Positions 20,138-31,049 of a stretch of DNA of 64,000 nucleotides are shown here, one piece after another (within the stretch, counting starts at the first letter, position 1; each line of letters begins with the position of its first letter). Position numbers and translations under genes: made by a program. This stretch comes from an uncultured Chloroflexia bacterium (GTDB taxonomy: Bacteria > Chloroflexota > Dehalococcoidia > DSTF01 > WHTK01), in assembly GCA_963711035.1 (NCBI GenBank), contig CAVQCN010000004.1:28538-92537 (forward strand), in the 5' to 3' direction. Under the pieces are notes generated by a model that was not told the origin of the DNA, did no database searches, and was given only the letters and a program-made list of their open reading frames with translations.

Positions 20138-20851
20138 TTACGACGGGCTGGTCATCGCCAGGGTGGGGCCGAGCTCGAGGCGGATGCCCGGGCCCATCGT
20201 CGTCGCCAGCGAGGCGCCGCGGATGTACTGGCCCTTGGCGCCGGTCGGCTTCGCTTTCACCACGGCGTCGACAATCGTCGCCATGTTCTCAAGCAGTTTG
20301 TCTTCGTCGAAGCTGACTTTGCCGATCGGCACGTGGATCAGTGCCGTACGGTCGAGACGGAACTCGACGCGGCCCTGGCGCGCGTCGTTCACGGCCTTGG
20401 CGATGTCTTCCGGCTCGACAACCGTGTTGGAGCGCGGGTTGGGCATGAGGCCGCGGGGACCGAGCACACGGCCGAGCCGGCTGACCTTGGTCATGAGGTC
20501 ACGCGTCGCCAGCGCCACGTCGAAGTCGGTGAAGCCACCCTCGATGCGCCGGATCAGGTCATCGCTGCCGACCAGGTCGGCGCCCGCTTGCTCGGCGTCC
20601 CGTGCCGCTTCACCCTCGGCGAAAACCAGCACGCGCACCGTCTTGCCCAGGCCGTGCGGCAACAACGCCGTGCCGCGGATCTGCTGGTCGGCGTGCCGTG
20701 GGTCCAGGCCCGTGCGCAGGTGGAGCTCGACGGTCTCATCGAACTTGGCCGGCGCCGTGCGCTTGGCCAGCGAAACCGCTTCTTCCGGTGCGTAGGGCTT
20801 GTCTTTTTCGATCAGCTGAGTTGCTGCTTCGTATTTCTTACCGCGCTGCAT
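20138..20851 (-). CDS. rplA: 50S ribosomal protein L1
   Basis: [23 protein letters not shown]. Confidence 0.98.
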   Translation of the reverse strand: MQRGKKYEAATQLIEKDKPYAPEEAVSLAKRTAPAKFDETVELHLRTGLDPRHADQQIRGTALLPHGLGKTVRVLVFAEGEAARDAEQAGADLVGSDDLIRRIEGGFTDFDVALATRDLMTKVSRLGRVLGPRGLMPNPRSNTVVEPEDIAKAVNDARQGRVEFRLDRTALIHVPIGKVSFDEDKLLENMATIVDAVVKAKPTGAKGQYIRGASLATTMGPGIRLELGPTLAMTSPS

Positions 20852-20854
20852 GTC

Positions 20855-21280
20855 TTATTCCTTGATCTCGATGCCCATGCTGCGGGCACTGCCTTCGATC
20901 ATTCGCTCCGCCGCCTCGACGCTGGCGGCGTTGAGGTCGCGCATCTTTGAGGTCGCGATCTCGCGCAGTTGGTCGCGCGTCACGCTGCCGACCTTCTCGC
21001 GCTTCTGAGCGCGGCTGCCTTTGGGAATCCCGGCCGCCTTGCGCAGCATGTCGCTGGCAGGCGGCGTCTTGAGCACGAAGGTAAACGAGCGGTCCTCAAA
21101 GACGGTGACCTCTGCCGGCACGATCTGGCCGTTCTGCTGGGCTGTCTTCTCGTTGTATTCCTTGCAGAACTGCATGATGTTGATCGCGTGCTGGCCCAGC
21201 GCCGGACCGACAGGCGGCGCCGGGGTGGCCTTACCGGCCTCCAGCTGGATACGTACGACTGCTCTTACCTTCTTTGCCAC
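20855..21280 (-). CDS. rplK: 50S ribosomal protein L11
   Basis: [26 protein letters not shown]. Confidence 0.98.
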   Translation of the reverse strand: MAKKVRAVVRIQLEAGKATPAPPVGPALGQHAINIMQFCKEYNEKTAQQNGQIVPAEVTVFEDRSFTFVLKTPPASDMLRKAAGIPKGSRAQKREKVGSVTRDQLREIATSKMRDLNAASVEAAERMIEGSARSMGIEIKE

Positions 21281-21328
21281 TTTCTGCCCCGTTCTTCAGG
21301 TCCAGGCCGCTTACGGCCTCGATTGTTC

Positions 21329-21976
21329 TTAGACGCGCTCCACCTGCAGGAAGTCCAGCTCCACGGGAGTCTCGCGGCCGAAGAAGGACACCATGACGCG
21401 CACTTTGCCCTTCTCCAGGTTGATCTCGTCCACCAGGCCGACGAAGTCGACGAACGGCCCATCGACGATGCGGACGCTCTGTCCCTCGACGAACCCGACG
21501 CGCACGCGCGGCTCCTCCGCCTTCATCTGGCGCAGGATGCGACGTACCTCATCCTCCTCCAGCGGCACCGGACGCACGCCAGAGCCGACGAAGCCGGTCA
21601 CGCCGGGCGTGTTGCGCACGACGAACCAGGCGCGACTCGACTCGGCGTCGTTCTCGACCAGAGTGTCCATGTCGACCAGCACGTAGCCGGGGAAGATCTT
21701 GCGCGACACCGTGCGCCGCACGCCGCCGTGTACCTCGATCTCCTCGACGGTCGGCACAACGACGCGATGAATCAGATCGCCTGCGTCCATTGACTCGATG
21801 CGGTGCTCGAGGTTCGTCTTGACCTTGTTCTCGTAGCCCGAGTACGTGTGGATGACGTACCAGGACCGCCCTTCCGAAAAGAACTCCTCGTCTTCGGAGT
21901 GACTCTGTTCTTCCTCTTCTCCAGGCTTTTCGCCCAGAACAGAGCGCATCAGATCGCTGGCGGCGTCGTGTTCCAT
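21329..21976 (-). CDS. nusG: Transcription termination/antitermination factor NusG
   Basis: WYVIHTYSGYENKV, FPGYVLV, FGRETPVEL. Confidence 0.97.
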   Translation of the reverse strand: MEHDAASDLMRSVLGEKPGEEEEQSHSEDEEFFSEGRSWYVIHTYSGYENKVKTNLEHRIESMDAGDLIHRVVVPTVEEIEVHGGVRRTVSRKIFPGYVLVDMDTLVENDAESSRAWFVVRNTPGVTGFVGSGVRPVPLEEDEVRRILRQMKAEEPRVRVGFVEGQSVRIVDGPFVDFVGLVDEINLEKGKVRVMVSFFGRETPVELDFLQVERV

Positions 21977-21980
21977 GATC

Positions 21981-22298
21981 TTACTTTAGGAGCAGGTGGC
22001 CCAGGAGCCAGTTGAAGAAGATGTCCACGCCGCCCAGCATCGCACCGACGACCAGTGAGACAACGATGACAACCATCGTCAGGTACATCGTCTCTTCGCG
22101 CGTCGGCCAGGTGACCTTCTTCAGCTCGGCCCAGATCTCTTCAAGAAAGCGAGGTCGCGGGATGCTGAAGCGCTTGCGCGTAGGCGTTGGCGGCCGAGCG
22201 CCACGCGACGTGCGTGTCTGCTGACGCAGACCAGTCAGGCGCGGACTGCCGTCCTTGCCACCGGCAGACTGCTGCTGCCGCCGTACGGCGCGACTCAT
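21981..22298 (-). CDS. secE: Preprotein translocase SecE
   Basis: ELKKVTWPTREE plus TM helix. Confidence 0.93.
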   Translation of the reverse strand: MSRAVRRQQQSAGGKDGSPRLTGLRQQTRTSRGARPPTPTRKRFSIPRPRFLEEIWAELKKVTWPTREETMYLTMVVIVVSLVVGAMLGGVDIFFNWLLGHLLLK

Positions 22299-22332
22299 AG
22301 GTGCGGCTGGCGACGGGCCTCAGCCCGACGCG

Positions 22333-22497
22333 TTACCGCACCTCCCTGTGCACCTTGTGGCTGCGGCAACGAGGGCAGTATTTGTTTAGCTGCAGCCTAT
22401 CGGGATCGTTGCGACGATTCTTGGTCGTCGTGTACGTACGCTCCCGGCAGTCGCTGCAGGCGAGATGGATGATCTGTCGGTCCTCTTTCCTGGCCAT
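22333..22497 (-). CDS. rpmG: 50S ribosomal protein L33, Zn-binding form (absent from ORF track)
   Basis: Hand translation [54 protein letters not shown]. Confidence 0.96.
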   Translation of the reverse strand: MARKEDRQIIHLACSDCRERTYTTTKNRRNDPDRLQLNKYCPRCRSHKVHREVR

Positions 22498-22500
22498 GAA

Positions 22501-23700
22501 CTACTTCAGGACTTTGGTCACCGCGCCAGCGCCGACCGTCCGTCCTCCTTCGCGAATGGCAAAACGGAGACCTTCCTCCAGCGCGATCGGCTGGATCAGG
22601 TGCACCGTCATCTTGGTGTTGTCGCCGGGCATGATCATCTCTACGCCCTGCTCGAGCTCGATAGTGCCGGTCACGTCCGTGGTGCGCAGGTAGAACTGCG
22701 GCCGGTAGCCGGAGAAGAACGGCGTGTGGCGGCCGCCTTCGTCCTTAGAGAGGACGTAGACCTCGGCCTCGAAGTCGGTGTGGGGACTGATCGAGTTGGG
22801 CTTGCAAAGCACCATGCCGCGTTCTACGTCATCACGTTCAACACCACGCAGCAGGCAGCCGACGTTGTCGCCCGGCTCACCCTGGTCCAGCAGCTTGCGG
22901 AACATCTCGACACCGGTGACGACCGTCTTGCGGGTGTCGCGGATGCCGACAATCTCGATCTCGTCGCCCGTCTTGACGATGCCGCGCTCGATACGGCCGG
23001 TGACGACGGTGCCGCGGCCCTTGATGCCGAAGACGTCTTCGACCGGCATCAGGAACGGCAGGTCGGCGGGGCGCGCCGGCAGCGGGATGTAGTTGTCTAC
23101 CGAGCTCATCAGCTCCCAGATGCACTTGTACTCAGGAGCATCCGGGTCGTCGCTGGTGCTCTCCAGAGCCTGCAACGCGCTGCCGCGGATAATTGGAATG
23201 TCATCGCCGGGGAAGCCGTAGCGGGTGAGCAGCTCGCGCAGCTCCAACTCAACCAGGTCGAGCAGCTCCGGGTCGTCCATCATGTCGACCTTGTTGAGGA
23301 ACACGACCATGGCCGGTACTTCGACCTGGTGGGCGAGCAGGATGTGCTCGCGGGTCTGGGGCATCGGGCCGTCCGGAGCGGCCACGACCAGGATGGCGCC
23401 GTCCATCTGGGCGGCACCGGTGATCATGTTCTTGATGTAGTCGGCGTGGCCGGGACAGTCGACGTGAGCGTAGTGACGCGCCTCTGTCTCGTACTCGACG
23501 TGCTGGATGGCGATGGTGATACCGCGCGCTCGCTCCTCCGGAGCGTTGTCGATGGAGGCGAACTCGCGATAAGCGGCCAGCTTCTTGAGGGCAAGAACCT
23601 TTGTGATCGCAGCTGTCAGCGTTGTCTTGCCGTGGTCGACGTGACCGATGGTGCCAACGTTGAGGTGAGGCTTGTTCCTCTCGAACTTTTCCTTAGCCAT
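22501..23700 (-). CDS. tuf: Elongation factor Tu
   Basis: [27 protein letters not shown]. Confidence 0.99.
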   Translation of the reverse strand: MAKEKFERNKPHLNVGTIGHVDHGKTTLTAAITKVLALKKLAAYREFASIDNAPEERARGITIAIQHVEYETEARHYAHVDCPGHADYIKNMITGAAQMDGAILVVAAPDGPMPQTREHILLAHQVEVPAMVVFLNKVDMMDDPELLDLVELELRELLTRYGFPGDDIPIIRGSALQALESTSDDPDAPEYKCIWELMSSVDNYIPLPARPADLPFLMPVEDVFGIKGRGTVVTGRIERGIVKTGDEIEIVGIRDTRKTVVTGVEMFRKLLDQGEPGDNVGCLLRGVERDDVERGMVLCKPNSISPHTDFEAEVYVLSKDEGGRHTPFFSGYRPQFYLRTTDVTGTIELEQGVEMIMPGDNTKMTVHLIQPIALEEGLRFAIREGGRTVGAGAVTKVLK

Positions 23701-23799
23701 CGAGTTTTCTTGTCCCTCCCTATCTTCACCGGCCTATCCGGCAAGAGATGTCGTTAATGTCCCGGCGATTTCTCCGGCGCCCGCGCCGGTGGGGTTCGC

Positions 23800-23875
23800 T
23801 GGAGCCCACAATCGGATTCGAACCGATGACCTCACCCTTACCAAGGGTGTGCTCTGCCAGCTGAGCTATGTGGGC
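23800..23875 (-). tRNA. tRNA-Thr(GGT)
   Basis: Cloverleaf, anticodon arm CCCTT-GGT-AAGGG, GTTCGAATC, encoded CCA. Confidence 0.96.
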
Positions 23876-23953
23876 TGGACTGCTCCTTTCGCCGCGTCAG
23901 CAGCGCTTCCGATTATCTTTCACGCCCGCACTAAATGAAAGGCGTTCTTCCTC

Positions 23954-24041
23954 TGGTGCCAGGGGCAGGATTCGAACCTGCGTAGCCCGTCAGGGCAACG
24001 ATTTTACAGACCGTCGGTTTTAGCCACTCACCCACCCTGGC
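23954..24041 (-). tRNA. tRNA-Tyr(GTA)
   Basis: CTGTAAA anticodon loop, long variable arm, encoded CCA. Confidence 0.95.
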
Positions 24042-24151
24042 TGGCGCAACCGGTCCCTGCCCGCCTCGCTGCCGCCCCCACGGCGGCTGCGACGCTGGAC
24101 GCCCCGGCCGTCCCCGTGCCCGGAATCGCTGCGCTGGTGACCTCGTAGCGT

Positions 24152-24226
24152 TGGAGCCCGAGGGGGGATTCGAACCCTCAACCTACCGATTACAAATCGG
24201 TTGCGCTGCCGTTGCGCCACTCGGGC
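24152..24226 (-). tRNA. tRNA-Thr(TGT)
   Basis: TTTGTAA anticodon loop, GTTCGAATC, encoded CCA. Confidence 0.96.
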
Positions 24227-24291
24227 GTTCCAGCTATCAGCTTTTCAGGGCGTAACAAAAATAGGCCCCCGGGAAACCGGGGCTCAGAAGC

Positions 24292-24321
24292 AGTATACGA
24301 AGCGCTCTTTCACACCGTCAA
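24292..24321 (-). promoter_or_regulatory. Putative sigma70 promoter of tRNA-tuf operon
   Basis: TTGACG-N18-TATACT. Confidence 0.6.
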
Positions 24322-24361
24322 CAATTGCGCCAACGCCCCCTCCGCGATCTCAAAATCGAGT

Positions 24362-24391
24362 TTGACAGTGCTCCAAATCGCTGGCTACACT
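24362..24391 (+). promoter_or_regulatory. Putative sigma70 promoter of rpsU operon
   Basis: TTGACA-N18-TACACT. Confidence 0.6.
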
Positions 24392-24421
24392 TTCATTCCA
24401 CGCTAGCTTCAGGAGGTATGG

Positions 24422-24607
24422 TTGGCCGAAGTCATCATTGGTGAGAACGAATCCTTCGAATCCGCCCTCAAGCGCTTCACCAAGCGCGTACAGCAGGACG
24501 GTATCCTTGCCGAGGCACGCCGGCGGGAGCATTACGAGAAGCCGAGCATCCGTCGCAAGAAGAAGGCGGCAGCCAAGCGGCGCAAGAGCCGCAAAGCCAG
24601 CGCCTAG
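24422..24607 (+). CDS. rpsU: 30S ribosomal protein S21
   Basis: ESALKRF...REHYEKPS; AGGAGG RBS. Confidence 0.96.
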   Translation: MAEVIIGENESFESALKRFTKRVQQDGILAEARRREHYEKPSIRRKKKAAAKRRKSRKASA

Positions 24608-24651
24608 TCCCGCCGCTTCGCCCGCGATAGCCGTTTCTCCACACGCATCCC

Positions 24652-25104
24652 ATGACCCTCAAAGAGCAGCTCAACGCTGATCTACGCGACGCTATGCGCT
24701 CCGGCGAGACCACCCGCCGCGACACGCTGCGCATGCTGCTTTCCGCCGTCCACAACGCCGAGATCCAGAATCGCAAGGACCTGGACGACGCGGGCATCAC
24801 TGCCGTCATCACCCGCGAGGTCAAGCAGCGGCGCGAAAGCATCGCCGAGTTCCGCAAGGCCAATCGTACCGACCTCGTCGAATCGGAGGAGGCGGAGCTC
24901 GCCGTCCTCTCTGCCTACCTGCCGCCGCAGATGTCTCGCGAAGAGATTGTCGAAGCGGCGCAGCGCGTCATCCAGCAGGTAGGCGCTTCCGGCCCGGCGG
25001 ACAAGGGCAAGGTCATGCCCGTCATCATGGCGGAGCTGCGCGGCAAAGCAGACGGCTCCGAGATCAACGCCGTCGTCACGGAACAGCTCGCCTCCCTCAG
25101 TTAG
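24652..25104 (+). CDS. yqeY: GatB/YqeY domain protein
   Basis: KQRRESI, YLPPQMS, GKVM...GKADG; follows rpsU. Confidence 0.92.
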   Translation: MTLKEQLNADLRDAMRSGETTRRDTLRMLLSAVHNAEIQNRKDLDDAGITAVITREVKQRRESIAEFRKANRTDLVESEEAELAVLSAYLPPQMSREEIVEAAQRVIQQVGASGPADKGKVMPVIMAELRGKADGSEINAVVTEQLASLS

Positions 25105-25154
25105 AACCGGCCCCAGAATCCTCCATAGCCCCTGCATTCGCTTTCCGGTCCGCC

Positions 25155-27317
25155 ATGGTCCGTTCTTGTATCATGGTCGAACCTGACATGGTGTCTGCGA
25201 ACAAACAGTCCTTCTCCTTTGCCGCGGCAACGCTGCTCTTCTCCGTCCTGCTCTTCGTCGCCCTGCTACCCATCATTCCGCGCGGCGCCGGCGTCCAGAC
25301 CGGCGCCATCGCCACGCGCACGATCCGCGCCCCACGCAACATCTCCTTCGTCAGCCAATCCCTGACTCAACAGCGCCAGAACGAAGCGGCGGCGGCGGTG
25401 CTCGACTCACTCACCCTCGACCCGACCATCGCGACCACGCAGGAGGCGGACCTCAATACCATCCTCAGCCAGATACAGTCCGCCCTCGCGACCAGCGACC
25501 CGAAGGCGCGCACCCAGGCGCTCGGTCAGATCCAGGGACTGAACCTCTCCCAGGCAAGCGCCACCTATCTCTCTAACCTCCAGGCATCCGATTTCGGTCC
25601 GATCTCCGACCAGGCGAAAGCAGCGCTCGGCAAGATCTACGACCAATCCCTGCCTTCCGACTCGGTGCAGGACATCCGCCAGCAGGCCGACACCTACATC
25701 GACGCCAGCTTCAGCCGCCAGGACACGACGCTGATCGCGGACATCCTTCGCCCGCTGATCATCTCCAATCAGGTTCTCGATACGGACCGAACCAACCAGG
25801 CCCGTGAGGCCGCCCGCGAGAACGTGGCGCCGGTGCAGGTCTCCTTCGCCAAGGACCAGATCATCGTGGAGAAGGACTCGCCGATTACGGCCGAGGCGCG
25901 CGAGGCGCTGATCCAGGCCGGGCTGGTCGGCGACACATGGTCGCCGGAGCTGATCGGCGCCAGCTTGATGCTGGCCATCGTGGCCGCGATTACCATCGTC
26001 GCCGGCATCCGCGCCTTCCGGCCGCGCTCCGATGCGCACCAGCTGCTGCTGATTGGCCTCGTCATCGCGATACCGGTCTTCATCCTCAAGGTCTACTTGC
26101 CGCTCATCCTGCCGGACGACCAGCGTCACTTCCTGGCTTACATCCTGCCCGTCTCCGTATCGTCCATGGTGCTGGCCGGCTTCATTGGCGCGGAGGTTGC
26201 GTTGCTCGGGGCGGCGATGATCGCGTTCCTCACGGCCTTCGTTGCCGTGCTGCTGCTCGACGTCACCGTCGTCGGCATCGCCGGGTCGCTGGAGATCGCA
26301 CGGCTGGCCCTCGTCTCCGGCATCGCTAGCGCCGCCGGCGTCTTCGCCGTCCGTAACGCCGAACGCCTGGCGCACTTCCTGTTGGGCGGCTTGCTGGTTG
26401 GCATCACGATCTTCGTGATCCTGTGCGCAACCTGGCTGCTGGAGCCCGGCCACGAGCTGCGCGACATCGCCTGGATCCTGCTGGCCGCGGGCGCCAACGG
26501 CGGCCTCAGCGCTTTCATCAGCGCCGGCGCCTTCGTCACCTTGGGCACCGTATTCGGCGTGACGACGCGCGTGCAGCTGCTGGAGATGTCTCAGCTCAGC
26601 CAACCGCTGCTCTTGCGTCTGCAGGACGAAGCGCCATCGACCTTCCAACACAGCGTGATCATGGCCAACATGGCGGAGAAGGGCGCTCACGTGATCGGCG
26701 CCGATGCCCTCATCACGCGTGTAGGCTGCTACTACCACGACATCGGCAAGCTGGCCCGGCCCGGCTTCTTCATCGAGAACCAGATGGGCGGCACCAACCC
26801 GCACGACGCGCTGCAGCCGAACGACAGCGCTCGCATCATCGCCGACCACGTCACGGATGGCATTAATCTCGGTCGCCAGCACAAGCTGCCGCCACGCATC
26901 CTCTCCTTCATCCCGGAGCACCACGGCACACGCATGGTGAGCTACTTCTACCGCAAGGCGTACGAGGAAGACCCGACCGTCAACCCGGACGACTTCCGCT
27001 ACCCCGGCCCGAAGCCCCAGAGCCGGGAGACTGCCATCGCCATGCTGGCGGACTCCTCCGAGGCGGCAGTGCGTTCCAACCCGGACCACTCGCCCGAGGC
27101 CATCGATGAGCTGGTCGACACCGTCTTCGCCGAACGCCTCTCGGAGGGTCAGCTCGACGAGTCGGACCTCACGCTGCGCGATATCCGCTCCCTGGCGCAG
27201 TCGTTCAAGGACACGTTGAAAGCCATGTACCACCCACGAATCGAGTACCCGGCGCCATCGGAGGCCGAGCTGCTGCTGCGCAAGCTCCCCTTCCGGCGCT
27301 ACTCGGAGAACAACTGA
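25155..27317 (+). CDS. 7TM-HD (HDIG) phosphohydrolase, PgpH-like
   Basis: Extracellular domain, TM bundle, [25 protein letters not shown]; start uncertain. Confidence 0.88.
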   Translation: MVRSCIMVEPDMVSANKQSFSFAAATLLFSVLLFVALLPIIPRGAGVQTGAIATRTIRAPRNISFVSQSLTQQRQNEAAAAVLDSLTLDPTIATTQEADLNTILSQIQSALATSDPKARTQALGQIQGLNLSQASATYLSNLQASDFGPISDQAKAALGKIYDQSLPSDSVQDIRQQADTYIDASFSRQDTTLIADILRPLIISNQVLDTDRTNQAREAARENVAPVQVSFAKDQIIVEKDSPITAEAREALIQAGLVGDTWSPELIGASLMLAIVAAITIVAGIRAFRPRSDAHQLLLIGLVIAIPVFILKVYLPLILPDDQRHFLAYILPVSVSSMVLAGFIGAEVALLGAAMIAFLTAFVAVLLLDVTVVGIAGSLEIARLALVSGIASAAGVFAVRNAERLAHFLLGGLLVGITIFVILCATWLLEPGHELRDIAWILLAAGANGGLSAFISAGAFVTLGTVFGVTTRVQLLEMSQLSQPLLLRLQDEAPSTFQHSVIMANMAEKGAHVIGADALITRVGCYYHDIGKLARPGFFIENQMGGTNPHDALQPNDSARIIADHVTDGINLGRQHKLPPRILSFIPEHHGTRMVSYFYRKAYEEDPTVNPDDFRYPGPKPQSRETAIAMLADSSEAAVRSNPDHSPEAIDELVDTVFAERLSEGQLDESDLTLRDIRSLAQSFKDTLKAMYHPRIEYPAPSEAELLLRKLPFRRYSENN

Positions 27318-28033
27318 TGCGCTTCGCCTGTCTCGTCTTCCCCGGCACCTGGTCCGATCAGGACTGGCAACATGTCCTGCGCGACGTCCTCGGCCAGGAG
27401 GCCGATTGCGTCTGGCACCGCGAGAGCGACCTCTCCGACTACGACGCCATTGTCGTGCCCGGCGGCTTCTCCTACGGCGACTACCTGCGCTGCGGCGCCA
27501 TCGCCCGGTTCTCGCCGGTGATGGAGGCAGTGCGCCGCGAGGCCGATAAAGGCAAGCTCGTCATCGGCAGCTGCAACGGCTTCCAAATCCTCTGCGAGGC
27601 CGGCCTGCTGCCCGGCGTCCTCATGCGGAACGACTGCATGGAGTTCCGCTGCGAGTCCGTCTACCTGCGCACCGAGACGACCGCAACGTCCTTCACCTCG
27701 GCGGCGCAACCCGGCCAGGTGCTGCAGATCCCGATCTCGCACGGCGAGGGCAACTACTTCGCCGATCCGGAGACGATCGAGCGGCTCGAAGCGGAGGACC
27801 GCATTGTGCTGCGCTACTGCGACGCGGCCGGCAATGTGACGCCGGAGGCGAACCCCAACGGCTCGATCGGCAACATCGCTGGCATCGTCAATGAGCAGCG
27901 CAACGTCTTCGGCCTCATGCCGCACCCGGAGCGCGTCAGCGAAGCCCTGCTCGGCGGTGAGGACGGGCTGGTAATCATCCGCTCGATGCTCGCCGCCCTC
28001 GAGACCGGCGGCCGCATGCCGGCCGGCGTCTGA
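27317..28033 (+). CDS. purQ: Phosphoribosylformylglycinamidine synthase subunit PurQ
   Basis: [24 protein letters not shown]. Confidence 0.95.
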   Translation: MRFACLVFPGTWSDQDWQHVLRDVLGQEADCVWHRESDLSDYDAIVVPGGFSYGDYLRCGAIARFSPVMEAVRREADKGKLVIGSCNGFQILCEAGLLPGVLMRNDCMEFRCESVYLRTETTATSFTSAAQPGQVLQIPISHGEGNYFADPETIERLEAEDRIVLRYCDAAGNVTPEANPNGSIGNIAGIVNEQRNVFGLMPHPERVSEALLGGEDGLVIIRSMLAALETGGRMPAGV

Positions 28034-28071
28034 CCACACATTTCGACTGAATCAGGAGTACCCCGAGCGAT

Positions 28072-28929
28072 TTGCGCGCATTCCTGGCCGCCCTGCTGAT
28101 CCTGGCCGGATTCGTCCTCACCTTCCCGGCCGTGCTGGCGGGCTGGGAGCAGCGCGTGCTCATGAATCAAGACCGCTTCGTCAGCCTGGGCACCGAGATC
28201 CTGCAAGACGAGGCCGTGCAGAGCGCCGTGTCGGACGCCGCCGCCCAGCAGGTCCTCGACGTCGCGGCGGCCAACGGCGCGGACGGCTCGATCTCGCAGG
28301 ACCAGGCAGACACGGCGGCGCGCGCCGTGATCGGGACGCTTCCGGACTCGCCCCTGGGGCAAACCGTGCTGGCCAGCACACAGCATCTGATCGCGACCGC
28401 TGTCGAAGGGCCGTCGGCGTCCGTGCAGGCAAGGCGCAACCGCATCGTCCTCGACCTGCGACCGGTGGTCGAGCGCGTGATCAACGCCATGAGCGTTGCC
28501 TATCCGGCTCTCGGCACGATTCAGTTGCCCGAGGACACGGGGCAGATCACCGTCCTGCACGAATCGGAGGCAGGCAAGATCCTGGACGCGGCCCGCTGGT
28601 TCAACGACTCCGCCATTTACATCGTCCTGCTGCCAATCGTCGCCTTCGGCCTTGCCGTGCTCGTCGCGTCCAACCGCCCCCTGGCGCTGATCTTTGTCGG
28701 CCTCGCCGCCATTGCAAGCGCCGTCATCCGCATCGCACTGTTCAAGGGACCGGTCGACACGCTGGTCATCGACCTCACTGTCGGCCACGGGGGCGCTACG
28801 CAGGCAGCACACGCCACCTACAACGCCATCGCCGACTCGTTCGTGGCTCAGGACCTGCTCGTGATCGCGGCCGGGTTCGCGGTGTTGGTCGTCGGGGCGG
28901 CGTTGCTCGTCGTGCGGCGGTCGTATTGA
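28072..28929 (+). CDS. Hypothetical membrane protein
   Basis: N-terminal TM, soluble domain, three C-terminal TMs. Confidence 0.7.
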   Translation: MRAFLAALLILAGFVLTFPAVLAGWEQRVLMNQDRFVSLGTEILQDEAVQSAVSDAAAQQVLDVAAANGADGSISQDQADTAARAVIGTLPDSPLGQTVLASTQHLIATAVEGPSASVQARRNRIVLDLRPVVERVINAMSVAYPALGTIQLPEDTGQITVLHESEAGKILDAARWFNDSAIYIVLLPIVAFGLAVLVASNRPLALIFVGLAAIASAVIRIALFKGPVDTLVIDLTVGHGGATQAAHATYNAIADSFVAQDLLVIAAGFAVLVVGAALLVVRRSY

Positions 28930-28998
28930 CGACGGTCACCGCCTCCGGGTTGCTCGTATATACTGCAAACACGATCAACGCGAAGCGGGGGAACCGGT

Positions 28999-29988
28999 GT
29001 GGCGGTAGATCTGGACGCGATCAACGCGCGCGTGAGGGACGAATCCCGCTTCGTCGAGGCTGTGCGCAACGAGGTTGGCCGCGTCATCGTCGGCCAGCGC
29101 TACCTCGTCGACCGGCTGCTGATCAGCCTGCTGTGCGACGGCCACATCCTCATCGAGGGTGTCCCCGGCCTGGCCAAGACGCTCTCCGTGCACACCCTGG
29201 CGCAGACGATCGGCGCCAGCTTCGTGCGCATTCAGTTCACGCCCGACCTGCTGCCCGCTGACGTCACCGGCACCCAGATCTACAACCCCCAGGACGCCCA
29301 GTTCTACACCCGCAAGGGCCCGCTGTTCGCCAACATCATCCTTGCTGACGAGGTGAACCGTGCGCCCGCCAAGGTGCAGTCGGCGCTCCTCGAGGCGATG
29401 CAGGAGCGGCAGGTGAGCATCGGCGGCACCACGTTCCCGCTGCCGGTACCGTTCATGGTCCTCGCAACCCAGAACCCCATCGAGTCGGAGGGCACGTACC
29501 CGCTGCCCGAAGCGCAGCTGGACCGCTTCATGTTGAAGGCCGTGCTGGACTACCCCACGCGGCAGGAGGAGCGCCAGATCCTGGAGCGCTTCGAGATGGG
29601 CGCGGCACCCAAGGTACGCGCCGCGGCGACCATCGACGAGCTGCTGGCGGCGCGGGCCGCCGTACAACAGGTGCACATCAACGACAAGCTGCGCGACTAC
29701 ATCGTTCACCTGATCCTGGCGACGCGCGAGCCAAGGACCTATCGCATGGACACGCTGGCGCCGCTGATCGCCTTCGGCGCCTCGCCGCGCGCCACGATCT
29801 ACCTGGCGCAGGCTTCGAAGGCGTACGCCTTCCTGGATGGCCGCGGCTACGTCACACCGGACGACGTCAAAGCGGTAGCCCGCGACGTGCTGCGGCACCG
29901 CGTGATCATCACCTACGAGGCGGAGGCGGAGGAGCTGACGACGGACGACATCATCGACCGCGTGCTGCAGGGAGTCGCGGTCCCCTAG
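28999..29988 (+). CDS. MoxR family AAA+ ATPase
   Basis: EGVPGLAKT, RIQFTPDLLP, DEVNRA, ATQNPIE. Confidence 0.93.
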   Translation: MAVDLDAINARVRDESRFVEAVRNEVGRVIVGQRYLVDRLLISLLCDGHILIEGVPGLAKTLSVHTLAQTIGASFVRIQFTPDLLPADVTGTQIYNPQDAQFYTRKGPLFANIILADEVNRAPAKVQSALLEAMQERQVSIGGTTFPLPVPFMVLATQNPIESEGTYPLPEAQLDRFMLKAVLDYPTRQEERQILERFEMGAAPKVRAAATIDELLAARAAVQQVHINDKLRDYIVHLILATREPRTYRMDTLAPLIAFGASPRATIYLAQASKAYAFLDGRGYVTPDDVKAVARDVLRHRVIITYEAEAEELTTDDIIDRVLQGVAVP

Positions 29989-30112
29989 CAGGGCGCTGAA
30001 AAACGGAGATAACGTCCTTCGAGAGCCTCAGGATGGGCGTGATTCAAATCCCGCTCGTGACGAGGCTCTCGTACCACGACAGAGTCAAGAAGGGGTTTTC
30101 AGCACCCTGCTA
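29986..30112. mobile_element. MITE copy 1 (~127 bp)
   Basis: TIRs TAGCAGGGCGCTGAAAA / TTTTCAGCACCCTGCTA; homologous copy at 62337-62465. Confidence 0.8.
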
Positions 30113-30125
30113 AGGCCATCGAGAT

Positions 30126-31049
30126 ATGACAGCCTCGATCGAGACTGACCTCACCACGAACCTCGCGCCGCAGGAGATGTTGGCGCGCATCCGCCGCTTG
30201 CAGATCCGGGCCCGGCGTCTGGTCAAGCTGCTCTTCCTCGGCGAGTACCACAGCGTGTTCAAGGGACGCGGCCTCGAGTTCAGCGAGGTACGCGAGTACC
30301 AGCCCGGAGACGAGATACGCACCATCGACTGGAACGTCACCGCGCGCATGGGCGAGCCCTACGTGAAGAAGTACGTCGAGGAGCGGGAGCTCACGCTCTA
30401 CCTGCTGGTCGACGTCAGCCCCTCGTCCGGCTTCAGTTCCACCACGTCGACCAAACGAGAGCTCTCGGCAGAGCTGGCGGCGCTGCTCGCTTTCGCCGCC
30501 GAGGCCAACAACGACAAGAGCGGCGTCATCGCCTTCAGCGACCGCGTCGAGTTTTACCTCGAGCCGAAGAAGGGCACGCAGCACATCCTGCGCATGGCGC
30601 GCGAGCTGCTCTTCCGCCGTCCCCAGGGCCACGGCACCAACATCGTCACCGCGATCGACTTCCTCATGCGCATCGCCAAGCGCCCCGGCGTCGTCTTCCT
30701 GATCTCCGACTTCCACGCCGATGGCTTCGAGGCCTCGCTGCGCCTCGCTGGCCAGAAGCACGACGTCACCGCCATCAGCCTCACCGACCCGCGCGAGCTG
30801 GAGCTGCCCCGCGCCGGCCTGATCAGCCTGCAGGACCCCGAAACCGGCGCCGAGACGCTGATCGACACGGACGACGCGCGCCAGCGGCGCCGCTACGCCG
30901 AAGACCGCGCCGCTGCAGCTATCGAGCGGCGGCGCCGGCTCGCCTCGCTGGGCATCGAAGAGATCGCCCTGCGCACCGACCTCTCCTATATCAAGCCCCT
31001 CATGGCCTTCTTCCGGTCGCGCGCCGGCGCCGGCAGGACGACCGCCTGA
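30126..31049 (+). CDS. DUF58 protein
   Basis: GLEFSEVREYQPGDEIRTIDWNVTAR, ISDF. Confidence 0.92.
   Translation: MTASIETDLTTNLAPQEMLARIRRLQIRARRLVKLLFLGEYHSVFKGRGLEFSEVREYQPGDEIRTIDWNVTARMGEPYVKKYVEERELTLYLLVDVSPSSGFSSTTSTKRELSAELAALLAFAAEANNDKSGVIAFSDRVEFYLEPKKGTQHILRMARELLFRRPQGHGTNIVTAIDFLMRIAKRPGVVFLISDFHADGFEASLRLAGQKHDVTAISLTDPRELELPRAGLISLQDPETGAETLIDTDDARQRRRYAEDRAAAAIERRRRLASLGIEEIALRTDLSYIKPLMAFFRSRAGAGRTTA

Noticed and set aside
23876-23953. Degenerate tRNA-Gly in the tRNA-sized spacer
   Set aside because: No T-loop motif or acceptor stem found
23800-24226. Genomic island integrated at the tRNAs
   Set aside because: No duplicated tRNA 3' end or integrase seen
25407-27233. 608-aa antisense ORF (likewise 22465-23757, 55360-57279, 59985-61853)
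   Set aside because: Shadow frames opposite well-supported genes, expected at high GC
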